A stretch of DNA of 39,735 nucleotides, taken from the sequence record OR352934.1; one strand, 5' to 3'. The stretch's first letter is position 1, and each line of letters begins with the position of its first letter. Positions 20,746 through 31,250 of the stretch are shown here, one piece after another. The notes below the pieces were generated by a model, which searched no databases, was not told where the DNA came from, and saw only the letters and a list, made by a program, of their open reading frames with translations. This stretch comes from Escherichia phage AV103. A program made the translations under genes and the position numbers.

Positions 20746-21635
20746 AGGTAAATCTCCTTGTCAATAAAGTTGTACTCGTTGAACCGAAGGATGCGAGCCA
20801 TCTGGCCCTGCTTGATAATATCCTCTTCGGTCATACCAGCCTTAGCACCAATGGACTTAATGCAGTCCCAAAGCGTCTCATGAGGCTCAGGGGCGCGTTT
20901 AACCCATTTAGTAACCTCTTGGCCTTTGTTCTTACCAGACTTAAGCACAGACGTTTTAGGCTCGACTATGAACGGGTTATTCAAGAAGTCCTCGGCGGTA
21001 TCACCCCATCCGGCAATCCCTGAGTAACCATCGGTGATGTCACCTTTGATTGTCTGGAAGAGGTGCCACCAGTCAGCGGACTCCTCTGTCTGAGTAATGA
21101 TGTTACCAGTGGTACACCACAGGAAATCACAGTTAGGGATGGTCTTAAAGTCCTTATCGCACGAGATGATTACCGCCTTACGAGCACCGAAGGCAGACGG
21201 ATTGGAAGCAATAACTCCCATAACGTCATCACCCTCAAGCATCGGCTCGCGGATGCAATAGAACTCTTCGCGCTCAAAGAGAGCATCAAGGAACTCAAAG
21301 TAACCTACAGGTTTCTTAGTGGCCTTACGGTTAGCCTTGTAGTTCGGGTCAACCAGTTCTTTACGCCAGTTAACACTATCGGTGAACGCAAGGACAATCG
21401 GAGCACCTACCCAAGCCTTCTTACGGGTCTCGTAGGACTTAATGGAATCCTCAAGAATCTGACGGGCCTTAGCGTGGTCACAACAGCGATGCCAAATCTC
21501 TTCCTCCCATGAGGCATCAAACTCAGCAGCACTCATCGCTTGGAAGACCAGCCAGTCACCATCCATCACAAGGATGCCCTTGTCGTCACAGCCTTCACGT
21601 AACTCGTAGAATTGTTTCAGGTCAAGAAGCGCCAT
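20733..21635 (-). CDS. 6: 5'-3' exonuclease, 300 aa
   Basis: 300-aa ORF, same length and position as T7 gp6. Confidence 0.95.
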   Translation of the reverse strand: MALLDLKQFYELREGCDDKGILVMDGDWLVFQAMSAAEFDASWEEEIWHRCCDHAKARQILEDSIKSYETRKKAWVGAPIVLAFTDSVNWRKELVDPNYKANRKATKKPVGYFEFLDALFEREEFYCIREPMLEGDDVMGVIASNPSAFGARKAVIISCDKDFKTIPNCDFLWCTTGNIITQTEESADWWHLFQTIKGDITDGYSGIAGWGDTAEDFLNNPFIVEPKTSVLKSGKNKGQEVTKWVKRAPEPHETLWDCIKSIGAKAGMTEEDIIKQGQMARILRFNEYNFIDKEIYLWRP

Positions 21636-21780
21636 TAAGTTTCTCCTCTAGCTCAGCCACGTATTCGTCAGCTTCCATTAGTTGATTCTTAAGGCTATCG
21701 TTCTCACGTTCCAGAGAGTCGATGTAGCCCTGCATATCGTTCCATACATCGCGCGGAATAGTCACAAGGTCGCTAGACAT
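21622..21780 (-). CDS. 5.9: Gene 5.9 RecBCD inhibitor, 52 aa
   Basis: Internal ATG gives MSSDLVTIPRDVWNDMQGYIDSLERENDSLKNQLMEADEYVAELEEKLNGAS; start overlaps the 5.7 stop (TAATG). Confidence 0.8.
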   Translation of the reverse strand: MSSDLVTIPRDVWNDMQGYIDSLERENDSLKNQLMEADEYVAELEEKLNGAS

Positions 21781-21989
21781 TATACACACCCTCCCATTCG
21801 TTTCAGAAAGCGAGTACCAGAAGCAGTAATTTCCCAAGCGCCACCGTTACGTCCACTTGTGGTCAGGCACGAGATGTGACCACGGGAAGCGGCCTCCGCT
21901 ACGAGGCTCGCATTGTTACGTACATAGTTGGACTGGAAAGTCTTAGGGCAACTTTTGATTGCTTGCAGCACTTTCAAGTAGTCAGACAT
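21780..21989 (-). CDS. 5.7: Gene 5.7 protein, 69 aa
   Basis: 69-aa ORF, same length and position as T7 gp5.7. Confidence 0.85.
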   Translation of the reverse strand: MSDYLKVLQAIKSCPKTFQSNYVRNNASLVAEAASRGHISCLTTSGRNGGAWEITASGTRFLKRMGGCV

Positions 21990-22288
21990 CAGAACACCTC
22001 CCGTACAGTTGCAGGAGAGAGTTTGAAGTAGTCCTTATCGGCATACTCTTCGTGCATGTCCTTGATTGCCTCACGAAATGATGTACGCACTACGAACGCC
22101 ATCAAACCTTCCATACCGTTGGTCAGGAACTGGACAATCATTTCCTTCTGTTTACCATCTGGGACAATCGCACCTGAGCCGACCTGCTTACATAGATGCA
22201 GCATGTCTTTCTCTAAGATTGCCTGAACGTCAGACGGCATCTTTGCGGTAACATCAAAGGACACTTTAAATTTCTTAGTGATAGCCAT
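21989..22288 (-). CDS. 5.5: Gene 5.5 protein (H-NS-binding in T7), 99 aa
   Basis: Start at ATG 22288 (MAITKKFKVSFDVTAKM...) with SD GGAGAAATTATT; the in-frame upstream part of the 157-aa ORF overlaps polymerase exon 2. Confidence 0.85.
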   Translation of the reverse strand: MAITKKFKVSFDVTAKMPSDVQAILEKDMLHLCKQVGSGAIVPDGKQKEMIVQFLTNGMEGLMAFVVRTSFREAIKDMHEEYADKDYFKLSPATVREVF

Positions 22289-22307
22289 AATAATTTCTCC
22301 TATAGTA

Positions 22308-22463
22308 TCAGTGACATACGGCCCAGTTAGGACCCATCTTACCTTCGGTATCCAGAAGACACCGGAAGTTCCAGTGGTCTCCAACCCAGCGCATTGCTTC
22401 TTGTGCGGTCTCAATGACCACCTTAGCAATCTCTTCGGTACGGCAACCCACTTGAATCTCATC
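22308..22463 (-). CDS. 5: DNA polymerase exon 2 (C-terminal 51 aa)
   Basis: Frame translates DEIQVGCRTEEIAKVVIETAQEAMRWVGDHWNFRCLLDTEGKMGPNWAVCH*, the conserved polymerase C-terminus; continues exon 1 after the intron. Confidence 0.85.
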   Translation of the reverse strand, partial: DEIQVGCRTEEIAKVVIETAQEAMRWVGDHWNFRCLLDTEGKMGPNWAVCH

Positions 22464-23063
22464 CTTTCTGTATTCTCCTATTACTAGGAGTGTCGGACTA
22501 TATCATCAGCCTTTGAGTTGACTGTCTGGCGCTTCGGGTAACGAGGGAATCTCACCCTCGGCCCTACTCCTTTCGGATAGTCTCTACGCCTTCCACTCTC
22601 TAATCCACTTACAAGCGGCAGAGAACGTTACACCAAACTTCTCACCTAAGTGTGTCCCTGTACATCCAGTCTCAAACCAGTATTCCTTCGCGGACTCTTT
22701 ACGGTCAGCGTAGCGTTCCATGTTTGTCTTGACTGTATGCTCAGAACCTTCTAGTAACTGGAGGTGCTCTACGTTACAGCACGCCCTGTTCCTACACTTG
22801 TGGTCTACTTCATACCCTTCTGGTATATCCCCGTAGTGTTCCTTCCAGACTGTCCTGTGATACATTTCTAGTACACCGTTCGTCTTCTTTCGGAAATAAC
22901 CATCAGCATTAAGTTTGTGTGACGTAGGGATGATACAACCACTCTCTGTGGTCGCAAGGATTAACTTCTTGCCTCTCATATATCCTCCCTATGGCTTGGC
23001 TCGGTATTGCCCAGAAGGGTTTCACCGAGTTCACCAGATTTAATGTGCACAATGAGATAGTTT
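22464..23063 (-). mobile_element. Intervening sequence in the DNA polymerase gene, probable group I intron carrying an HNH endonuclease ORF (600 bp)
   Basis: Polymerase frame stops 7 codons after ...FAYMAWVH and resumes 600 nt downstream; exon 1 ends in U, intron ends in G; internal ORF has its own SD; about 200 nt of non-coding flank. Confidence 0.8.
22584..22979 (-). CDS. Intron-encoded HNH homing endonuclease, 131 aa
   Basis: HNH motif EVDHKCRNRACCNVEHLQL; SD GGGAGGATAT-ATG; lies wholly inside the interruption of gene 5. Confidence 0.85.
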   Translation of the reverse strand: MRGKKLILATTESGCIIPTSHKLNADGYFRKKTNGVLEMYHRTVWKEHYGDIPEGYEVDHKCRNRACCNVEHLQLLEGSEHTVKTNMERYADRKESAKEYWFETGCTGTHLGEKFGVTFSAACKWIREWKA

Positions 23064-25022
23064 ATGCACCCATGCCATGTACGCAAAGTCCCCATCCCAG
23101 CCATGCTTCAAGCCTTTCTCTACGAGCATCTCTTCGGTCTTGATAATCCACAGTTTGCAGATGAGAGCACCCGCAGATTGCAGTAGTGTATTCAAGGCAG
23201 CGTGAGGACTACGAACGTGTACCTTACGACCATCCAGACCTTTAATCCAGCGGCGTTTCCACTTGACTTGTTGCTCACCAGCTACCCATTGAGAGGACTC
23301 GACAAGTGTCTGTTGGATAGACTCACGGAGTGCTGCAATCGCTGGTGTGTTCTCAAGGAATTTCTTCTTGAGTTCCTTACCGCGTTCTTTACCAGCACCT
23401 ACAATCTGTCCAATCTTCTCATCACCAGCGCCATAAAGGAACCCATAGATGAACGTCTTGGCGTTATCACGGGTAGGCAGTTCGGCAGCTAGTTGGTTCT
23501 TAGTGTGGATGTCACCATGAAGAATCTCTCTAGCGTACTCACCGTTATCAAAGCGAGCCATGAAGTGGGCCAAACAGCGCAACTCAAGGCCGGATGCGTC
23601 GATACCTGCCTGAACCCAAGGCTTACCAGTTATCCCATCCAAATGGTGCTCAGCGCCAAAAGCAGCGCGACACTGCTCTCCATAAGGAGAACGTACACCC
23701 GGAATTTGTGCAAGGTTGGGGAACGCATGGGTCGCACGACCCGTAACTGCTCCATTAGGGTTAACAGAACCATGAATCTTACCATCCTCAGCAACGTAAC
23801 GAAGCCATGCCTTGTCTCCCTCAGCGGACTGTCCGATTCGCTTCTGAATCATCAAGTACTCTTTAATGAGGTCGATAGCGGCTTGCTTCTCAGGGTCATC
23901 TACACGCACTCCTTCGAGTACCTCATCGTCCACCACAGGAGCACCATTATCGGTGTACTTGGTCGGGACCCATCCAGCCTCTTGGAGTTTCTTCTGAATG
24001 TGGTCACGAGACGAAGGGTTAAACACAACGTGCTCAACTGGAGTATAAGGAGCACCAGCAACATACTCGCGGGTGTCCAGTTCGCAAGGCTCACGGCCTT
24101 CTCGCTGTGCCTTGTTCTTAGGCTTCTTAAAGATACCACCTACTTTAGGTATCTTAATGCGAGGGTATTTAGGCAGTGGCTTACCTGTCCGTGGATGGCA
24201 GAACATTTCGGTGCCACCTTTAGGCTGATACCACGAGCCGAACGTTTCGGTCAATTTACGGAGCAACTCAGAGCGTCTAGCAGCTAACTCTACGTACAAC
24301 TCTTCGATTGCTTTCGTGTCAAACGGGAACCCATTGCGCTCTTGCTTAGCGAGTAGCCATGCAGCACGATGCTCAATGTCAACGGCCTCAAGGGATTCTG
24401 ACCAGAACGTAGTGTATCCTACGTCCGTAAAGTCAATCTCAGGAGGGAAGTAATGTTTGTCAGAGAGTAGCTTCTCAAGGAGAGTTTTAGTGACCACAAC
24501 GTCCTGAACGTTATAGGCCATCATCTCTTCGTTGAAGTTCCACCACTCCATCCCGTCAACGTATTCTTCACCCTGCTCTTCAAGCATACGCTTAAAGTCG
24601 TCCTTGTATTCACCTTTCATCTCGCCTAAGCGATAGCCCCACGCCTCCAGAGCGTGAGACCCAAAGCGTTTCCCAGGCAACTTACCGGAACGCAGAAGAC
24701 CCATATCGGTGTCCTTGAGGTTAGAGTGAATCAAGCGTGACAGCACAAGTGTGTCAATACAGTTCTCACGAGGAATGTGGAACTCTCGGTTCAACTGCAA
24801 CTTAGCCAGCTTGGTTAACGCAGGGATGTCAAATTTAGTGAAGTTATGTCCTACGATGAGTCCTCCCTTTGCTACCTCAGCTTCTAATGCGTCAAGGTAT
24901 TTATTAAAGTCCACAGGGCGATACTTGTTGTATTCTCCAGTACTGTAGTCATAGATAACCGCGCAATGGAATTTAGTAGTGGTCTCAAGTAGACCGTTTG
25001 ATTCGATGTCTGAGACAATCAT
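23064..25022 (-). CDS. 5: DNA polymerase exon 1 (N-terminal 653 aa)
   Basis: [27 protein letters not shown]... 3'-5' exo and pol motifs; exon 1 + exon 2 = 704 aa, the T7 gp5 length. Confidence 0.9.
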
Positions 25023-25459
25023 TAGAGTTCTCCTTTAAGATACCTTATGGCATTCTCCAACCTATCTGTAGAATCGAAGAATTTACCTAAACCAATATTG
25101 CAGTGCCAGCATAATAGCCCACGAACTTTCAGAGTTAAATGGTCGTGGTCAATACAGGCTACCTTATGTCTCTCGGATGAGTGTGCCATTATAGCGTCTC
25201 CACATATCTTACACCTCCCTCCTTGCGAGTTCCATAATTCCTCATACTGCTCTACTGTCAGGCCATACTTCTTGATTTGAGATTTACGAGAACTCCACCT
25301 ATGGGCCTCTCGCTTCTCAGCATCATGCTTATGGTATCTCGCATTGTTATCTTTACGGACGCACTCTTTACACCAAGTTCTAAGACCGTCCTTCATGCGG
25401 GAAGCCTTACCGAACTCGGAGAGCGGCTTTCCGTTCCCACATTTAGAACAAATCTTCAT
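25022..25459 (-). CDS. HNH / endonuclease VII-family protein with N-terminal CxxC zinc finger, 145 aa (putative free-standing homing endonuclease)
   Basis: MKICSKCGNGKP...WCKEC... then CKICG...CIDHDHLTLKVRGLLCWHCNIGLG, resembling T4 endonuclease VII; SD GGAGGTGG; stop overlaps polymerase ATG. Confidence 0.75.
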   Translation of the reverse strand: MKICSKCGNGKPLSEFGKASRMKDGLRTWCKECVRKDNNARYHKHDAEKREAHRWSSRKSQIKKYGLTVEQYEELWNSQGGRCKICGDAIMAHSSERHKVACIDHDHLTLKVRGLLCWHCNIGLGKFFDSTDRLENAIRYLKGEL

Positions 25460-25462
25460 GCC

Positions 25463-25485
25463 ACCTCCTATAGTGAGTCGAATAG
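25463..25485 (-). promoter_or_regulatory. T7 RNAP promoter (phi4.7-like)
   Basis: Reverse complement CTATTCGACTCACTATAGGAGG directly upstream of the 145-aa HNH ORF. Confidence 0.7.
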
Positions 25486-25488
25486 TAT

Positions 25489-25525
25489 TCATGAAGGCCA
25501 CCACTTGGGCGACCTTGAGGATACC
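25489..25525 (-). promoter_or_regulatory. RNase III hairpin (R4.7-like)
   Basis: AAGGCCACCACTTGGGCGACCTTGAG inverted repeat between gene 4.5 and the phi4.7-like promoter. Confidence 0.45.
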
Positions 25526-25529
25526 ACTC

Positions 25530-25799
25530 TTAGCTTTCAATCTTGTCGAGGATAGCCATAGCTTCATTGATGCGACCAGCCTCATGAATTGCTGTCACGG
25601 CAGCTTTGGTAAGCGCATTGACCAGACGCAGTGCTTGCTCATCTGTCAACGTCATACGCTGAGTGTGATTCTTAGAGGACTTAGAGTCCTTCCATCGGTA
25701 AACCATAGTCGCCTTACCGTTGCGAACGTTGATGTGGACTCGACGGTTCCACTGGTCAGCGGTATCGGATAGACGGATAGTTTCAGCTACGTTTGACAT
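25530..25799 (-). CDS. 4.5: Gene 4.5 protein, 89 aa
   Basis: Internal ATG with SD GGAGAAACCATT gives MSNVAETIRLSDTADQWNRRVHINV..., 89 aa. Confidence 0.8.
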   Translation of the reverse strand: MSNVAETIRLSDTADQWNRRVHINVRNGKATMVYRWKDSKSSKNHTQRMTLTDEQALRLVNALTKAAVTAIHEAGRINEAMAILDKIES

Positions 25800-25818
25800 A
25801 ATGGTTTCTCCTGTTTGA

Positions 25819-26031
25819 TTACTCAAAGAATTTGGAAAGCTGTTGAGCTTGGTTTGCTACACGGGCAGCTTCGGTAACTTTGGCGGATGCACTATCAGCC
25901 AGTTCGTTGGAGCGAATCGCCAGAGCGCGTGACTGTGTGGCCTCTTTACGGGCCTCATCGTTCAGACGTTTTGCTTCCACGTTGTACATACGAACCAGCA
26001 GTTGGCCTAATTTCTTAATCAGTTTGAACAT
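25819..26031 (-). CDS. 4.3: Gene 4.3 protein, 70 aa
   Basis: 70-aa ORF downstream of phi4.3; same length as T7 gp4.3. Confidence 0.8.
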   Translation of the reverse strand: MFKLIKKLGQLLVRMYNVEAKRLNDEARKEATQSRALAIRSNELADSASAKVTEAARVANQAQQLSKFFE

Positions 26032-26042
26032 GGGTGTCTCCT

Positions 26043-27792
<1,750 letters not shown>

Positions 27793-27824
27793 TCAACAAT
27801 GAGAACAAAGGGAAACCGTTGTGG

Positions 27825-27847
27825 TCTCCCTTTAGTGAGTTCAATTA
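27825..27847 (-). promoter_or_regulatory. T7 RNAP promoter (phi3.8) with GGGAGACCACAACGGTTTCCC leader
   Basis: Reverse complement AATTAATTGAACTCACTAAAGGGAGACCACAACGGTTTCCC, directly upstream of gene 4 here. Confidence 0.85.
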
Positions 27848-27848
27848 A

Positions 27849-28304
27849 TTATCCACGGTCAGAAGTTACAAGTTCATTCTTCTCCCACCAACGCTTAAGG
27901 TCGAACGACGGGCAAGCCTTAGGGGCCACGTCATGATGCGCCCGAAGCACAGCGCCTTCGTACTTAGCCAGCAGTGTGACAAGCAGTGAGCGGAGGGATT
28001 GCATTTGGGCTGGCGTAAAGTTAGCGTCAAACTTACCTTTATCGTCGATACCACCTACAAGGCATACACCAATAGAGTTGTGATTGTAGTCCTTAGCGTG
28101 AGAGCCTACAGCCATCTCATCGCGGCCTTCCTCTACAGTACCATCGCGCTTGATGATAAAGTGATACCCGACATCAAGCCAACCTTGCTCTTTATGCCAC
28201 TGACGAATCTCACGGACACCTACATTCTGACTTGGCTTGGTAGCCGAGCAGTGAACAAAGATTGCGTCAGTAGATTCACGTTGTTTAAACTGTACACGAG
28301 CCAT
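27849..28304 (-). CDS. 3.5: Lysozyme (N-acetylmuramoyl-L-alanine amidase; RNAP inhibitor), 151 aa
   Basis: 151-aa ORF MARVQFKQRESTDAIFVHCSATKPSQNVGVREIRQWHKEQGWLDVGYHFIIKRDGTVEEGRDE...; amidase_2 fold motifs. Confidence 0.95.
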   Translation of the reverse strand: MARVQFKQRESTDAIFVHCSATKPSQNVGVREIRQWHKEQGWLDVGYHFIIKRDGTVEEGRDEMAVGSHAKDYNHNSIGVCLVGGIDDKGKFDANFTPAQMQSLRSLLVTLLAKYEGAVLRAHHDVAPKACPSFDLKRWWEKNELVTSDRG

Positions 28305-28759
28305 TATTTCTTTCCTCCCTTCGATTGTTTCAGCTTGTCAAATGGCACCTCCTTTTTGGGTTCTTTGAGCCATTCTACAGGAATTAATTTGTCAGCAAAC
28401 AGAATACCGTGCTTCTCACACCACTCGCCATAACTGGTCGGAGACCCTTTATACAGCTTGGTGCGTGAGCTTGAGAACACCAGTCGGATGTCCAGTTCGG
28501 GGAACTGTTCGCGAACCAATAAGTGTTTCTTTCGGTCGTCACTCTCCCATAAACCTTTGGTTTCAATAAAGATTCCGTTAGGCAGCAGGAAGTCTGGAGT
28601 ATACACATGGTTGCTCGCAGGGACAACGTAAGGGATTTTCCATAGTTCATAGTCGAACTGAATGCCCTTACCCTCTAGCTGCTTAGAGACCTTATCTTCT
28701 AGGCCGGAACGGAATGTCCCGACCTTTCGGATACCACGCGCAGCGTATGCGCCAGCCAC
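28304..28759 (-). CDS. 3: Endonuclease I (Holliday junction resolvase), 151 aa
   Basis: MAGAYAARGIRKVGTFRSGLEDKVSKQLEGKGIQFDYE...PDFLLPNGIFIETKGLWESDDRKKH, the T7 endo I family. Confidence 0.95.
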   Translation of the reverse strand: MAGAYAARGIRKVGTFRSGLEDKVSKQLEGKGIQFDYELWKIPYVVPASNHVYTPDFLLPNGIFIETKGLWESDDRKKHLLVREQFPELDIRLVFSSSRTKLYKGSPTSYGEWCEKHGILFADKLIPVEWLKEPKKEVPFDKLKQSKGGKK

Positions 28760-29458
28760 TTAGAAATCTCCGTCTTCGTCTACTTCATCGGACTCTTCGT
28801 CGTCTTCGTCCCAGCTTTCTTCGTCGCGTGGTTTGCTCGCTTTGGCAGAACCAGAGGCAACATAGCCGTTCTCTTCAACTTCGTCAGCCCAATCATCTTC
28901 ACCGCCACCAAAGGTAGCCAGTTCGACCAGCATTACGGATTCCAGTTGCAGCTTAACGCTCGCTCCTACAGCGGTGTTCCACTTGTACGGAACCAGAGAG
29001 TATTTGACTTTCAGCTTAGAGCCACCGCCGATAATCGGAACGTCTTCCATCTTCTTACCTTTGGAGTCAACCACAACCAGATTGATGTGTTTGGTTTCTT
29101 TAGTCTTCTTGTCCTGATAGGAAGCGTATGCCTTAAACTTAAAGGTAGTCGTGCCGTCACCGTTATCGAAGAACGGCATGTCACCTTCATACGGTTTCAG
29201 CGGTTTCTTACCGCGAGCTACAGCAGGCGGGTTCGCTTCGTATTCCTCAACGGCAGCAGCATAAGCCTCTTCGTGACACTTCACGATTTCATCGACCATA
29301 CGCTGGCAGCGCGGGTCTTTGTTGGGAATAGTCAGGTCAACTTTATAGACACCGCGAGGGTTCCCGAAGCCACGCTCTTCGTTGCCGTAGTCCGGCTTGG
29401 AGAGGTAAGCGTAAGGTTCAGCAGTACCCAGCGCAGAGGTGAAAATCTTCTTAGCCAT
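28760..29458 (-). CDS. 2.5: Single-stranded DNA-binding protein, 232 aa, acidic C-terminal tail
   Basis: 232-aa ORF ending DEDDEESDEVDEDGDF; length equals T7 gp2.5. Confidence 0.95.
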   Translation of the reverse strand: MAKKIFTSALGTAEPYAYLSKPDYGNEERGFGNPRGVYKVDLTIPNKDPRCQRMVDEIVKCHEEAYAAAVEEYEANPPAVARGKKPLKPYEGDMPFFDNGDGTTTFKFKAYASYQDKKTKETKHINLVVVDSKGKKMEDVPIIGGGSKLKVKYSLVPYKWNTAVGASVKLQLESVMLVELATFGGGEDDWADEVEENGYVASGSAKASKPRDEESWDEDDEESDEVDEDGDF

Positions 29459-29507
29459 AATGTTAATCTCCTTTAGGTTTCGTTTGGTTTCTCAAAGGGA
29501 GTCTTCC

Positions 29508-29527
29508 CTCCCTAATAGTGAGTCGTA

Positions 29528-29530
<3 letters not shown>
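29508..29530 (-). promoter_or_regulatory. T7 RNAP promoter (phi2.5)
   Basis: Reverse complement TAATACGACTCACTATTAGGGAGG. Confidence 0.85.
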
Positions 29531-29843
<313 letters not shown>

Positions 29844-29923
29844 ATTCAACCTCTATAGCCCAATACATTAAGCGAAGTAACGCGCCTACTCCAGCGCAAA
29901 TTAATCCGAAGTACAGAACATCG

Positions 29924-30151
29924 TTAAGCATAGCGGTTCACCATAACACAGTCATCAGAATACTCATACTCCTCTACCTTAATAATCAGACTAGGTGTCT
30001 TCTTATAAGCAAACGGTAGGAGGTCACTATCACAATACTCACTGTGTCCTAGCGAGAACATCAACATACCAATGCGCAGCGCCTTGTATGCACGATAAAA
30101 CCTGTGCGCTCTACGCTTCACCGATGCAGCTTGAAGTTCTTCACGCGTCAT
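29924..30151 (-). CDS. Hypothetical small protein, about 75 aa
   Basis: ORF with start overlapping the 3' end of gene 1.7; weak SD; no recognisable motif. Confidence 0.35.
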   Translation of the reverse strand: MTREELQAASVKRRAHRFYRAYKALRIGMLMFSLGHSEYCDSDLLPFAYKKTPSLIIKVEEYEYSDDCVMVNRYA

Positions 30152-30680
30152 AACACTTATCCTTATGTTTCTCGTACAGTTCACCGTAGAACCCAGCTTT
30201 CGCCATGTCTTTCTCTAAGTAAGCCAGTTCGGACTTCTTACCAGCACGTAGGCGGTACTTAAGGATGTTCCCTAAGCAGTACCCTTTGAACTGCTCGCGA
30301 GTCATTGAACGGGCAATCACTTCGATAGCCTCAATGTCGTCGAACAGCATGTAATGGGAAGGCTTAGTGACACCTTCGATTGACTCAGCGGAAGGCTGGT
30401 CGTCTGTAGGAGTTACCTCTGGTTTATCCAGTTTAGGTTTACGCGGGTCCATCGCTCGGATTTCACTTAAGGTAATGTTCTCATCGTTTGTTACAGGGCA
30501 CTCACCACAAGGTACTCCAGCGCAGAACAGGCCGCAGCCAGATGTGTCACCAGTACGACCCTCGTTATTGTCTATCAACTTAATGATAATCTCTTGTTCA
30601 TGTTCGGTCATATTGTTAGCTCCTTTATTACAGGTGTGTGGATAACGGTCGTCTTTCTCTAAGCAAGCTATGCATCCCAT
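30141..30680 (-). CDS. 1.7: Gene 1.7-like protein (nucleotide kinase in T7), 179 aa
   Basis: Cys-rich N-terminus GCIACLEKDDRYPHTCNKG...CGLFCAGVPCGEC and conserved C-terminus KGYCLGNILKYRLRAGKKSELAYLEKD. Confidence 0.8.
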   Translation of the reverse strand: MGCIACLEKDDRYPHTCNKGANNMTEHEQEIIIKLIDNNEGRTGDTSGCGLFCAGVPCGECPVTNDENITLSEIRAMDPRKPKLDKPEVTPTDDQPSAESIEGVTKPSHYMLFDDIEAIEVIARSMTREQFKGYCLGNILKYRLRAGKKSELAYLEKDMAKAGFYGELYEKHKDKCYDA

Positions 30681-30940
30681 CAGAACACCTCCTTGATTCG
30701 TTTGAGTAACAGACGGACGAACGGGAAGCGGGTCACTGCCACACTAAGAACCGGACGTTTCTTGTCCATTGCTTTCTCAAAGTCACCACGGGTGATAATG
30801 ATGTGGACGCTTGGTGCCAAAGGAACTGTGTTACCAATAAGAGGTAACTTAGCTCGGTGCTCGCTCGCACATACGATTGAACGGTCAGCACGGCGAATCG
30901 TGAAATTCTCAAGACTTTTGTTGTAATGAAGTCGAAACAT
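30680..30940 (-). CDS. 1.6: Gene 1.6-like protein, 86 aa
   Basis: 86-aa ORF downstream of phi1.6; stop overlaps gene 1.7 start. Confidence 0.7.
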   Translation of the reverse strand: MFRLHYNKSLENFTIRRADRSIVCASEHRAKLPLIGNTVPLAPSVHIIITRGDFEKAMDKKRPVLSVAVTRFPFVRLLLKRIKEVF

Positions 30941-30945
30941 ATAGT

Positions 30946-30968
30946 GTCTCCTTTAGTGAGTCGTATTA
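30946..30968 (-). promoter_or_regulatory. T7 RNAP promoter (phi1.6)
   Basis: Reverse complement TAATACGACTCACTAAAGGAGAC. Confidence 0.85.
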
Positions 30969-31055
30969 AGCGTGACCATCTGGCATATCATCATCGCTAC
31001 AGTGGAGCGCAAGGCATCCTATGATGACAATGAGTGATGGTATTAAGTACATCAT
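30966..31055 (-). CDS. 1.5: Gene 1.5-like small protein, 29 aa
   Basis: MMYLIPSLIVIIGCLALHCSDDDMPDGHA between phi1.5 and phi1.6; hydrophobic; 29 aa as T7 gp1.5. Confidence 0.5.
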   Translation of the reverse strand: MMYLIPSLIVIIGCLALHCSDDDMPDGHA

Positions 31056-31062
31056 GATGTGT

Positions 31063-31085
31063 ACCTCCTTTAGTGAGTCGTATTA
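31063..31085 (-). promoter_or_regulatory. T7 RNAP promoter (phi1.5)
   Basis: Reverse complement GTTAATACGACTCACTAAAGGAGG. Confidence 0.85.
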
Positions 31086-31238
31086 ACAGTTAACGATGCT
31101 CCACACGCATATACATGCTGAGATGAGTAAGCACCCACCGATAAACACAAACGCTACCGGAGGATGTACAACAAGAAGATATGTGAACATGAGGATAACT
31201 GCCCAAGCCGCAAGGAATTTACAGACCTTCTTAAACAT
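31083..31238 (-). CDS. 1.4: Gene 1.4-like membrane protein, 51 aa
   Basis: Internal ATG with SD AGGAGA gives MFKKVCKFLAAWAVILMFTYLLVVHPPVAFVFIGGCLLISACICVWSIVNC. Confidence 0.7.
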   Translation of the reverse strand: MFKKVCKFLAAWAVILMFTYLLVVHPPVAFVFIGGCLLISACICVWSIVNC

Positions 31239-31250
31239 ATAGTGTCTCCT

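Noticed and set aside
21989-22462. 157-aa ORF as a single extended gene 5.5 protein
   Set aside because: Its N-terminal 58 codons overlap polymerase exon 2 in another frame and reach into the intron; the strong SD and conserved start are at 22288.
23493-24287. 264-aa plus-strand ORF
   Set aside because: Antisense to the DNA polymerase exon 1; no translation signals.
23040-25022. 660-aa ORF as the complete DNA polymerase
   Set aside because: The last 7 codons (KLSHCAH) are intron sequence; the true C-terminus is encoded 600 nt downstream.
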